From a virus: a DNA stretch of 35,523 bases. A program made the translations under genes and the position numbers. The notes below the pieces were generated by a model that did not search any database, was not told where the DNA came from, and worked only from the letters and a program-made list of their open reading frames with translations. The stretch is taken from positions 1-35,523 of IMG/VR virus record IMGVR_UViG_3300045988_056051. The stretch is one strand, 5' to 3'. Position 1 is the first letter of the stretch, and every line of letters starts with the position of its first letter. Shown here in pieces: positions 13,647 to 20,737 of the stretch.

Positions 13647-14612
13647 ATGGCAATGCAGGGAATCGACATTAGCGGATGGCAGGCGGGAATCGACCTCTCG
13701 AAGGTTCCATGTGATTTCGTAATCGTAAAGGCGACGCAGGGCGTGAATTTCGTTTCTGGCTCCTGTGACTCGCAGGTGCAGCAGGCCATTGCCCTCGGCA
13801 AGCCGTTCGGCTTCTACCATTACGTGGACGGCTCTGGAGCACAGGCAGAAGCTGACTTCTTCATCGACCATTGCGCGGGATACTTCGGCAATGGCATCCC
13901 ATGCATCGACTGGGAGAAAGATGAAAATTCCGCGTGGTGCAATACCGGCTACCTCAAGCAGCTTGTCCAGCGAGTCATCGACCGCACGGGAGTAAAGCCG
14001 CTCATTTACGCTTCGGCTGGACCCTTCCCGTGGGACGTCGCGAAGGCTCTCAATTGCGGCGCATGGGTCGCGCAGTGCGCCGACAACAACGCCACCGGCT
14101 ATCAGGATGCTCCATGGAACGAGGGAGCCTACTCCTGCGCCATTCGCCAGTACTCTAGCCATGGCAGGCTCCCCGGCTACTCTGGCAACCTCGACCTCGA
14201 CAAGGCATACATGGATGCCGCCGCGTGGGCAAAGTACGTGGGCGCGTCGAGCGCCCAGCAGACCGGCTGGATTAAGCAGGATGGCCGCTGGTGGTACAGG
14301 CATGCAGACGGCTCGTATACCAAGAGCGGTTGGGAGAAGATTGACGGCAAATGGTACCTCTTCGATGCTGACGGCTGGATGCTGACCGGATGGCAGCAGG
14401 TCGGCGGCAAGTGGTACTACCTCACCGATTCCGGCGCGATGGCAACCGGATGGGTGAACGACGGCGGCAAGTGGTACTACATGGACCCTGGCACGGGAGC
14501 GATGCACGCGGCTGACGTCGAGAGCATCGGCGGAAAGTGGTATGCCTTCGGCGCGGACGGCGAGATGCAGTATGGCGTGGGTTCCGATGCAAGCGGCGCA
14601 CTGAAGGTGTAG
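13647..14612 (+). CDS. Endolysin: GH25 muramidase plus choline-binding-type cell-wall-binding repeats
   Basis: 321 aa. N-terminus: MQGIDISGWQAGIDLSKV..DFVIVKATQG...FGFYHY. C-terminus: five to six GW..(D/V)GKWYY-type repeats (GWIKQDGRWWY, GWEKIDGKWYLF, GWQQVGGKWYYL, GWVNDGGKWYYM, IGGKWYAF). Confidence 0.93.
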   Translation: MAMQGIDISGWQAGIDLSKVPCDFVIVKATQGVNFVSGSCDSQVQQAIALGKPFGFYHYVDGSGAQAEADFFIDHCAGYFGNGIPCIDWEKDENSAWCNTGYLKQLVQRVIDRTGVKPLIYASAGPFPWDVAKALNCGAWVAQCADNNATGYQDAPWNEGAYSCAIRQYSSHGRLPGYSGNLDLDKAYMDAAAWAKYVGASSAQQTGWIKQDGRWWYRHADGSYTKSGWEKIDGKWYLFDADGWMLTGWQQVGGKWYYLTDSGAMATGWVNDGGKWYYMDPGTGAMHAADVESIGGKWYAFGADGEMQYGVGSDASGALKV

Positions 14613-14633
14613 GCGGCAAGACAACTGAGCAAG

Positions 14634-14678
14634 ACCACCAAGCGGGTCTCGTCTAGTCGGCGAGGCCCGCTTGGTGGT
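14634..14678 (+). other. Long perfect hairpin between the endolysin and HNH genes
   Basis: accaccaagcggg (14634-14646) pairs perfectly with cccgcttggtggt (14666-14678), a 13-bp stem with a 19-nt loop. There is no U-tract. The right arm covers the possible HNH start codons. Confidence 0.6.
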
Positions 14679-15072
14679 TGAAGGGAGGACGCACACGGGA
14701 GCATACAGGGCCTGCAGCAGGTGCGGGAAGATGCATGCATACGGTGAGCCTTGCCCGATGAAGAAGCCAGCCTACAGCTACGAGAGGACGGGAGCGGACA
14801 GGCTGCGCTTCACGTCACGGTGGAAGAGGAAGAGCCTACAGGTCAGGGACGATGCGCACTGGATGTGCGAGGTGTGCCGAGACCAAGGGAAGGTCACGAC
14901 CGAAGGGTTGCAGGTCCACCACATCGAGAAGCTACGCGATGACCCGGACGGGCTGATTGAGGACGGCAACCTCGTGTGCCTATGCATGATGCATCACAGG
15001 ATGGCGGACGATGGCGAGCTTACGAAGTATTACCTGCGCGGGCTTGCGGCCAAGAGGATTGAGGGCTACTAA
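14671..15072 (+). CDS. HNH endonuclease (packaging-associated type)
   Basis: 133 aa. N-terminal zinc knuckle CSRCGK...PCP. HNH core: CEVCRDQGK...VHHIEKL...NLVCLCMMHHRM. The start is uncertain (TTG 14671 or GTG 14674, both inside the hairpin arm). The position upstream of a P27-type terS is typical of cos phages. Confidence 0.85.
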   Translation: MVVEGRTHTGAYRACSRCGKMHAYGEPCPMKKPAYSYERTGADRLRFTSRWKRKSLQVRDDAHWMCEVCRDQGKVTTEGLQVHHIEKLRDDPDGLIEDGNLVCLCMMHHRMADDGELTKYYLRGLAAKRIEGY

Positions 15073-15099
15073 CGCGGGCTATCGTCCTTGGCGGGATGG

Positions 15100-15156
15100 C
15101 ATAGGGGAACGCTGTGGATAACTTGGGGGGGGGAACAATCCCCCCCCTACCCTATG
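15100..15156. other. Nested palindrome with G9/C8 homopolymer arms; candidate cos/terminase recognition element
   Basis: Outer arms CATAGGG (15100-15106) / CCCTATG (15150-15156). Inner arms G9 (15125-15133), AACAAT, C8 (15140-15147). It lies in a 283-bp non-coding region (15073-15355) that also has ATAGGGGAACGC (15101), TATGGGGAA (15152), rc-TATGGGGGAACGC (15306-15319) and GCGATTATC twice. Confidence 0.4.
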
Positions 15157-15355
15157 GGGAATTCGGGCGCGCTGCCGCGCTATCAACAAGCCCCCCACTA
15201 GACACTAAATTTCTTATCTGCTGGGCTTTTTTGGAAAACGGCGGTTTTTGGGCTTAAAACTGCGATTATCATTCAATAAGGGCGATTATCGGGGGATTCT
15301 TTCGAGCGTTCCCCCATAGCGGCTTTCAGAACATAGAGAAGGGAGTTTTCGAGAC

Positions 15356-15949
15356 ATGGAGAAGACAAAAGTCACCTACATGGACGTTGATTCGCTCATT
15401 CCGTACGCGAACAATCCGAGATTGAACGACAACGCGGTTGATGCGGTGGCCGCGAGCATCAAGGAGTTCGGCTTCAAGGTTCCCATCGTCGTTGACGGCG
15501 AGAACGTCATCATCAACGGGCACACGCGGCTGAAGGCTGCGCACAAGCTGGGGTTGAAGCAGGTTCCCGTCATCGTGGCGGACGATTTAACGCCCGAGCA
15601 GGTGAAGGCGTTCCGTCTGGCTGACAACAAGACCAGCGAGCTTGCGGAATGGGATTTGGGCAAGCTGGACATCGAGCTTGCGGAAATCCAAGACCTCGAT
15701 ATGAATGACTTCGGTTTCGATGAGATAGAAGCGAGCGTCGATGACTTCGGCACGGACTTCGAGCTTCCCGACGGCGAGAAAGGCGAGATATGCCAGATGA
15801 CTTTCGCGCTCCACGAGAAGCAGAAAGAGCTGATTGAGTACGCAATCGGGCTAGTGAAGGACGATGTGACGGAGACGTTCGGAAACACGAACCAGAACGG
15901 AAACGCGATATACGAGGTGGTGCGCCAATGGGCAGAGCAAAGGAAATAG
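15356..15949 (+). CDS. ParB/Srx N-terminal (ParB-like nuclease) domain protein
   Basis: 197 aa. Motifs: VDSLIPYANNPRLNDNAVDAVAASIKEFGFKVPIVVD and VIINGHTRLKAAHKLG. The C-terminal half is acidic. No MTase or HTH motif was recognised. Confidence 0.85.
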   Translation: MEKTKVTYMDVDSLIPYANNPRLNDNAVDAVAASIKEFGFKVPIVVDGENVIINGHTRLKAAHKLGLKQVPVIVADDLTPEQVKAFRLADNKTSELAEWDLGKLDIELAEIQDLDMNDFGFDEIEASVDDFGTDFELPDGEKGEICQMTFALHEKQKELIEYAIGLVKDDVTETFGNTNQNGNAIYEVVRQWAEQRK

Positions 15950-16665
15950 AGGTAAGGGTCATCCCGTCATCAATTGCAAACCCCTTTATCAGGCGGCATC
16001 ATTACAGCGGCAAGGTGGTGAATAATTCGAGCCTTCACTTTGGAGCGTTTTTAGACGGCAAGCTTCACGGAGTCCTTTCGTATGGCCCATCCCTCGATAA
16101 GAGTCATATGCTCGGTTTGGTAGAGGGAACCGAATGGAACGGGTTCCTGGAGCTGAATCGCATGGCGTTCGACGAATACCTGCCGAGGAACAGCGAGAGC
16201 TACTGCATCTCAAAGACGCTTAAGTTGATTAAGAAGAACGCGCCGCAAATTAAATGGGTGGTTTCTTTCGCGGACGGATGTTCCTGCGGTGACGGGACAA
16301 TCTACCGTGCAAGCAACTTCGTGCTAACCGGGATAAAGAAAAATAAAGACCTCGCAGTCCTTCCGAGCGGCGAGAAGATTCACAAGATAACGCTTGCTTC
16401 AAACCCAACGATGCCGCGCCCCGAGTTGGGCGGCAGGACATTCTTCGATGTGAACGGAGGAACGTACAATTTCAAAAAGTACGTTGATGCTGCGGGCGGG
16501 ACGGTACTCGTGGGATACCAGCTCCGATATATCTACTTCATCGACAAGAGCTATCGGCAGCGGTTGACCGTCCCCGAGATCCCTTTCTCCAAGATTGACG
16601 AAATCGGGGCGGGTATGTACAAGGGGCAAAAGGTAACGCTGGCCGAACGGCACGTCGGAAAGTGA
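15928..16665 (+). CDS. Mom-like (GNAT-fold) putative DNA base-modification enzyme
   Basis: 245 aa, overlapping the ParB-domain gene by 22 nt (GAGGTGG SD). Motif series: FIRRHHYSG, FGAFLDGKLHGVLSYGP, LELNRMAF, SESYCISKTLKLIKK, VVSFADG...GTIYRASNF. As I recall, this is the pattern of the phage Mu Mom family. No SAM-MTase motifs (DPPY/NPPY/FxGxG) were seen. Confidence 0.6.
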   Translation: MGRAKEIEVRVIPSSIANPFIRRHHYSGKVVNNSSLHFGAFLDGKLHGVLSYGPSLDKSHMLGLVEGTEWNGFLELNRMAFDEYLPRNSESYCISKTLKLIKKNAPQIKWVVSFADGCSCGDGTIYRASNFVLTGIKKNKDLAVLPSGEKIHKITLASNPTMPRPELGGRTFFDVNGGTYNFKKYVDAAGGTVLVGYQLRYIYFIDKSYRQRLTVPEIPFSKIDEIGAGMYKGQKVTLAERHVGK

Positions 16666-16671
16666 TATAAT
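16663..16671 (+). promoter_or_regulatory. Extended -10 promoter upstream of the tRNA-like gene
   Basis: TGaTATAAT at 16663-16671, a perfect TGnTATAAT. The palindrome CGGGCGA-AA-TCGCCCG (16675-16690) follows, and the tRNA-like gene starts at 16695. Confidence 0.55.
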
Positions 16672-16694
16672 TAGCGGGCGAAATCGCCCGACAT

Positions 16695-16769
16695 GCGGCG
16701 CTAGCTCAGTGGCAGAGCGCCCCGAGACCATCGGGGAGACGGGGGTTCGATTCCCACCGCACCGCTCCA
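16695..16769 (+). tRNA. tRNA-like gene (Gly-like scaffold) with a non-canonical anticodon loop; possibly a pseudo- or specialised tRNA
   Basis: Hand-folded. Acceptor GCGGCGC/GCACCGC (one C-A mismatch), discriminator U, encoded CCA. D-arm GCTC-AGTGGCA-GAGC. Anticodon stem CCCCG/CGGGG with loop AGACCAU (G at position 33 instead of U; nominal anticodon ACC). T-arm GGGGG-TTCGATT-CCC(A)CC with a bulged A. Confidence 0.55.
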
Positions 16770-16798
16770 TTACACTACGGAAAAGGGCGGTGGTTTAA

Positions 16799-17173
16799 TT
16801 GGCTGAAAAGCTATCTTTGAACGAGCAGGCGGTCGAGATTCTGCGCATTGCGGAAGAGACTGGCGTGCAGACGAATTTCTTCTTCGTGACAACTTTCAAA
16901 CGGTATCAGGTGCAGCTGAGCAACCTCTCCGAGCTTGAGAAGGCAATCAAGGAGACTGGAACGCTAGTCACGAAAGAGTACGTGAAGGGCCGCGCCAACA
17001 TCTACGTGAACCCAGCGGTCACGGAGTACAACAAGACCACGGACAGCGCGAACCGCACGGTCACCACGCTCATGAAAATCATCAAGGGGTTCGCCAAGGA
17101 GGACGAGGAACGAGATGCGGACTACGACCCGCTCATGGCGATAATCAACGGTGACAGCGATGGCGAGCAATAA
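16799..17173 (+). CDS. terS: Terminase small subunit, P27 family
   Basis: 124 aa with a TTG start (GGTGG SD 6 nt upstream; no in-frame ATG nearby). Motifs: LNEQAVEILRIAEETG...FKRYQVQLSNLSELEKAI...VNPAVTEYNKTTDSANRTV. It overlaps the terL start. Confidence 0.8.
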   Translation: MAEKLSLNEQAVEILRIAEETGVQTNFFFVTTFKRYQVQLSNLSELEKAIKETGTLVTKEYVKGRANIYVNPAVTEYNKTTDSANRTVTTLMKIIKGFAKEDEERDADYDPLMAIINGDSDGEQ

Positions 17174-18845
17174 GGGCTACGAGTATTGCGAGCGTGCGAT
17201 AGACGCGGAAACCACACCGTGCTACGTTAAGAAGCAGATGCGCCTGTGGATGGACGTTTGCGACGGAAAGAGCGACAAATACTTCGTCAGCGACGAGAAG
17301 ATTCGGCAGGTCGAATCAATCCTGAAGCTGCTTATCATGCCGAAGGGCCTGAAGACTGGACAGACGCTCTACGAATGCACGACCGGCTACCAATGGCTGC
17401 TCTACATCGCCGTCCTCTGCACCGTCTACCGTGACAACCCCGAGAAGCGGCGCTACGAAATCGGGCTGCTGGAAATCGCCCGCAAGAACTTCAAGACGTA
17501 CACGGTGGCAACCATCTTCATCATCCTCATGCTGACCGAGCCACGATTCGCGGAGTTCTTCTCTGTCGCGCCAGACGGGGCGCTTTCAAGGCAGATTCGC
17601 GAAGCAATCTCGCAGACGCTGCGCTCGTCCCCGCTAGTCTACGAGTACAAGGGAAACAAACGCTTCAAGATTCTGAACCCGTCAATCACATTCAAGCCGA
17701 AGAGTTCGACATACGTCCCCCTGAGCTATTCAACGTCTCGAATGGATGGCAGACTCCCCAGTGCCTTCTGCGCGGACGAGGTCGGCGCTCTTCCCACGAG
17801 CTACGCGGTCGAAGCGATGAAGTCTGGACAGCTCAACATTCTGAACAAGCTCGGCTTCATCATCAGCACCAAGTATCCGACCATCGACAACCCATTCGAG
17901 GACGAGGTGGCATACGCCAAGAAGGTTCTCGACGGCATTGCCGAAGACGATACGCTGTTCGCCTTGCTCTATGAGCCAGACGAGACGAAGGATTGGATGA
18001 CCGACGATTTGGTCATGCGCCACGCCAACCCCGTGAGTTTGGAGATTTCCGAAATCTGGGAAGACCTGAAGAAGAAACGCGCCTACGCAATCGCGGTCGA
18101 ATCGGCACGCGAGAACTTCCTAACCAAGCACTGCAACATCATCTATCAGGGGCAGGGCACCGAGACGTTCATCGACGTTGCCGACGTTCAGGCCTGCAAG
18201 GTTTCCAACATCGACTGGCGCGGGCGCGTGGTGTATCTAGGCTTAGACTTGTCGGAGACGAACGACAACACGGCGGTCGCTATGGTTGCCGCAGACGATG
18301 ACGGAAACATCCTCGCCGATGTTTTCGCGTTCGTGCCAGAGGGACGCATCCCCGAGAAGAACGCCTACGAGAAGATTGACTACAACGAGTTCGTCAGGGC
18401 TGGGAAGTGCATCGCCTGCGGTGACAGGGTAATCGACTACAAGGTGGTAGAGGACTTCATCCTCGGCATCGAGGAAAAGTACGGCGTGCAGGTGCAGGCA
18501 ATCGGCTACGACCGCTGGAACGCTCTCAGCACCGCGCAGAAGCTGGAGGGCGCGGGATACAACACCGTCGAAATCAGGCAGCATTCGAGCGTGCTCCATA
18601 GCCCGACAAAACTTCTGAAAGAAAAGGTGCTAAACGAAGAGTTTGAATATACGGATAACAAGCTGCTTGAAATAAATTTTCAAAACGCTCGATGCACATA
18701 CGACACGAACCGCAACATGTACGTTACGAAAAAGAAGTCGAAGGGCAAAGTGGACATGTGTGTCGCTCTCATAAACGCTTTATACTTATTGCAACAGGAC
18801 GTTGTTTTCGGTCAGATGCCCGACTTCACCGTTCAAGTCATATAG
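17160..18845 (+). CDS. terL: Terminase large subunit
   Basis: ORF 17151..18845 with the ATG at 17160, about 560 aa. Terminase_1-type layout: an ATPase N-terminal half and a nuclease half (VVYLGLDLSETNDNTAV...GYDRWN...). It sits between terS and portal. Confidence 0.9.
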   Translation: MASNKGYEYCERAIDAETTPCYVKKQMRLWMDVCDGKSDKYFVSDEKIRQVESILKLLIMPKGLKTGQTLYECTTGYQWLLYIAVLCTVYRDNPEKRRYEIGLLEIARKNFKTYTVATIFIILMLTEPRFAEFFSVAPDGALSRQIREAISQTLRSSPLVYEYKGNKRFKILNPSITFKPKSSTYVPLSYSTSRMDGRLPSAFCADEVGALPTSYAVEAMKSGQLNILNKLGFIISTKYPTIDNPFEDEVAYAKKVLDGIAEDDTLFALLYEPDETKDWMTDDLVMRHANPVSLEISEIWEDLKKKRAYAIAVESARENFLTKHCNIIYQGQGTETFIDVADVQACKVSNIDWRGRVVYLGLDLSETNDNTAVAMVAADDDGNILADVFAFVPEGRIPEKNAYEKIDYNEFVRAGKCIACGDRVIDYKVVEDFILGIEEKYGVQVQAIGYDRWNALSTAQKLEGAGYNTVEIRQHSSVLHSPTKLLKEKVLNEEFEYTDNKLLEINFQNARCTYDTNRNMYVTKKKSKGKVDMCVALINALYLLQQDVVFGQMPDFTVQVI

Positions 18846-18859
18846 CGCAAGGCAGAGAC

Positions 18860-19489
18860 ATGAGTTATACGGTATACATGCACATAACACCAAGCGGTAA
18901 AAGATATATCGGCATTACATGCAGGAAGCCAGAATACAGATGGAACAACGGCAAGGGATATGAAGCCAATAAGCACTTTCACAACGCGATTAATAAATAC
19001 GGTTGGGACAACATAAAGCACGTAATCGTATTGAGCGGAGTTTCGAAAGAACGCGCTTGTGAAGTCGAAAAGAACCTTATAAACAAGTTCGACACAACAA
19101 ACAGCGAGAAGGGATACAACCACAGCACTGGCGGTGAATGCGGTGGCGCTGGAGTTGCTTTCACGAAAGAGCGCAGGCGCAAGATAGGTGAAGCCCATAA
19201 GGGCATGAAACATACCGCCGAAGCAAGAAAGAAAATGAGCGAAGCGCATACTGGCTTGCAGACATGGAACAAAGGTCGGCATTGGACGTCAGCCGAAAAA
19301 GAAGTAATGGCGGCAGCTCAAAGGACTCACAAGGAAATTAGATGCGTTGAGACGGGGGCGACATACCTGAGCACAAGGGACGCAGAGAGAAAAACGGGGA
19401 TAAACCGCTCTTCGATATGCGGCTGCTTGCGCAAGAGGAAGAACTGCAAAACAGCAGGCGGTTACCACTGGGAATACGCGCAGAATTAA
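18860..19489 (+). CDS. Free-standing GIY-YIG homing endonuclease with NUMOD-type DNA-binding repeats
   Basis: ATG at 18860 inside ORF 18692..19489. Motifs: YTVYMHITPSGKRYIGIT (GIY-YIG), EKGYNHSTGG, repeated K.GEAHKGMKHT/KMSEAHTG (NUMOD3-like), and C-terminal GGYHWEY. It is visibly AT-richer than its flanks. Confidence 0.88.
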   Translation: MSYTVYMHITPSGKRYIGITCRKPEYRWNNGKGYEANKHFHNAINKYGWDNIKHVIVLSGVSKERACEVEKNLINKFDTTNSEKGYNHSTGGECGGAGVAFTKERRRKIGEAHKGMKHTAEARKKMSEAHTGLQTWNKGRHWTSAEKEVMAAAQRTHKEIRCVETGATYLSTRDAERKTGINRSSICGCLRKRKNCKTAGGYHWEYAQN

Positions 19490-19504
19490 CGAAGGGGTGA
19501 TTCT

Positions 19505-20737
19505 ATGGGATGGTTCAGCGATAGATGGGAGCGCAAGCGCTCCGCCGAGAACGTCATCGGCAACGACGGCACGGTGAACGACGTGCTCCTGCGCGCATTG
19601 CTCGCAAACGAGCCAATCGACCGGAACAAGGCGATGATGCTCCCCGCAGTATCTGGCGCCGTTGACTTCATCACGAGCGCCGTGGCGTGCATGCCCGTGC
19701 GACTGTACCGCACCAAGAAGGGTGTGGTCGAAGAGGTGGAAAACGACCCGCGAACGAAGATGCTCAACGGGGACACGGGTGACACGCTGGATGGGTTCCA
19801 GCTCAAGAAGGCGATGGTCGAGGACTACCTCATGGGCAAGGGCGGCTATTGCTACATCGAGCGCAGCCGAAACGACGTGACGGGCCTTTATTACGTGAAG
19901 TGCGACGCGGTGAGCATCAACATCAACAGCGACCCGATTTACAAGTCGTACGACATCATCGTCGGTGACGGGACGTACAAGCCATTCGAGTTCATCAAGA
20001 TTCTCCGCAACACGAAGGACGGCGCAAGCGGCGTCGGCCTTACGGTCGAGGTCGCCAAGGCCCTTGAGACGGGATACCAGACGCTCATGTACCAGCTCGG
20101 GCTGGTAAAGGCGGGCGGCAACAAGCGAGGGTTCCTGAAGAGCCAACGCAAGCTGGGACAGGAGGAAATCGACGCGCTAAAGAGCGCATGGTCGAACCTT
20201 TACGGCAACAGCGAGGAAAACGTCGTGGTACTCAACAACGGCTTGGAGTTCCAAGAGGCGTCGAGCACTTCCACAGAGATGCAGCTTAACGAGAACAAGC
20301 GGACGATGGCCGATGAGATTAACGGCATCTTCCACATCAAGGACAACTTTGAGGAGACGTGGAAGTTCGCAATCTACCCCATCGTGCGGGCTTTCGAGAC
20401 GGCGCTAAACCGCGACCTTCTTCTTGAGCGCGAGAAGCGAAATTACTTCTTCGCATTCGACAGCCGTGAAATCATCAAGGCGAGCTTCAAGGAGCGTTAT
20501 GAGACGTACCAGCTTGCAAAAGAATGTGGCATAATGACAATCAACGAAATGCGCCGCAACGAGAACATGAACGAGGTTCAGGGGCTTGACATCATCGACC
20601 TCGGACTCGGCTCCGTTCTCTTCGACACCGCCACGGGAGAGACGTACACCCCGAACACGGACTCCACGAAGGCGGCTGGCATTTCGGATTCTGGCGGCGC
20701 AATTCAGGCGCAAGGGGGTGAAGCAAATGCAGATTAA
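19505..20737 (+). CDS. Portal protein (HK97 family)
   Basis: 410 aa. The position and size fit a portal, and so do the motifs (LPAVSGAVDFITSAVACMPVRLY, GGYCYIER, RGFLK...LGQEEIDALKSAWSNLY). Confidence 0.88.
   Translation: MGWFSDRWERKRSAENVIGNDGTVNDVLLRALLANEPIDRNKAMMLPAVSGAVDFITSAVACMPVRLYRTKKGVVEEVENDPRTKMLNGDTGDTLDGFQLKKAMVEDYLMGKGGYCYIERSRNDVTGLYYVKCDAVSININSDPIYKSYDIIVGDGTYKPFEFIKILRNTKDGASGVGLTVEVAKALETGYQTLMYQLGLVKAGGNKRGFLKSQRKLGQEEIDALKSAWSNLYGNSEENVVVLNNGLEFQEASSTSTEMQLNENKRTMADEINGIFHIKDNFEETWKFAIYPIVRAFETALNRDLLLEREKRNYFFAFDSREIIKASFKERYETYQLAKECGIMTINEMRRNENMNEVQGLDIIDLGLGSVLFDTATGETYTPNTDSTKAAGISDSGGAIQAQGGEANAD

Noticed and set aside
13452-14696. 414-aa ORF on the - strand
   Set aside because: It is fully antisense to the holin/endolysin genes, which have unambiguous motifs (GH25 and GW..GKWYY repeats). 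Its product is Ala/Arg/His/Pro-rich with no motif. Long antisense ORFs are expected in genes with GC-rich third positions.
15356-15949. ParB-domain protein as a plasmid-partition protein (phage-plasmid lifestyle)
   Set aside because: There is no ParA/ParM partner, no plasmid replication initiator and no centromere-like repeat array. The genome has an integrase and a candidate attP. The protein has only the N-terminal ParB/Srx domain and is coupled to a modification-type enzyme.
18692-18859. N-terminal extensions of several ORFs into upstream genes (18692..18859, 20586..20726, 7603..7689, 8869..8988, 7982..8158, 29106..29156)
   Set aside because: The extensions overlap the preceding, well-supported genes. 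Internal starts with SD sequences, or ATGA/GTGA coupling at the upstream stop codon, give sensible N-termini.
18600-19505. Group I intron or intein associated with the GIY-YIG gene
   Set aside because: terL ends with a normal stop at 18845 and portal starts independently at 19505. The endonuclease has its own start. I could not see split-gene halves or intron-like conserved pairings, so a free-standing endonuclease is the simpler reading.
19289-20146. 285-aa ORF on the - strand
   Set aside because: It is antisense to the 3' end of the GIY-YIG gene and to the portal gene. It has no SD or motif and a low-complexity Val/Ala/Arg-rich product.
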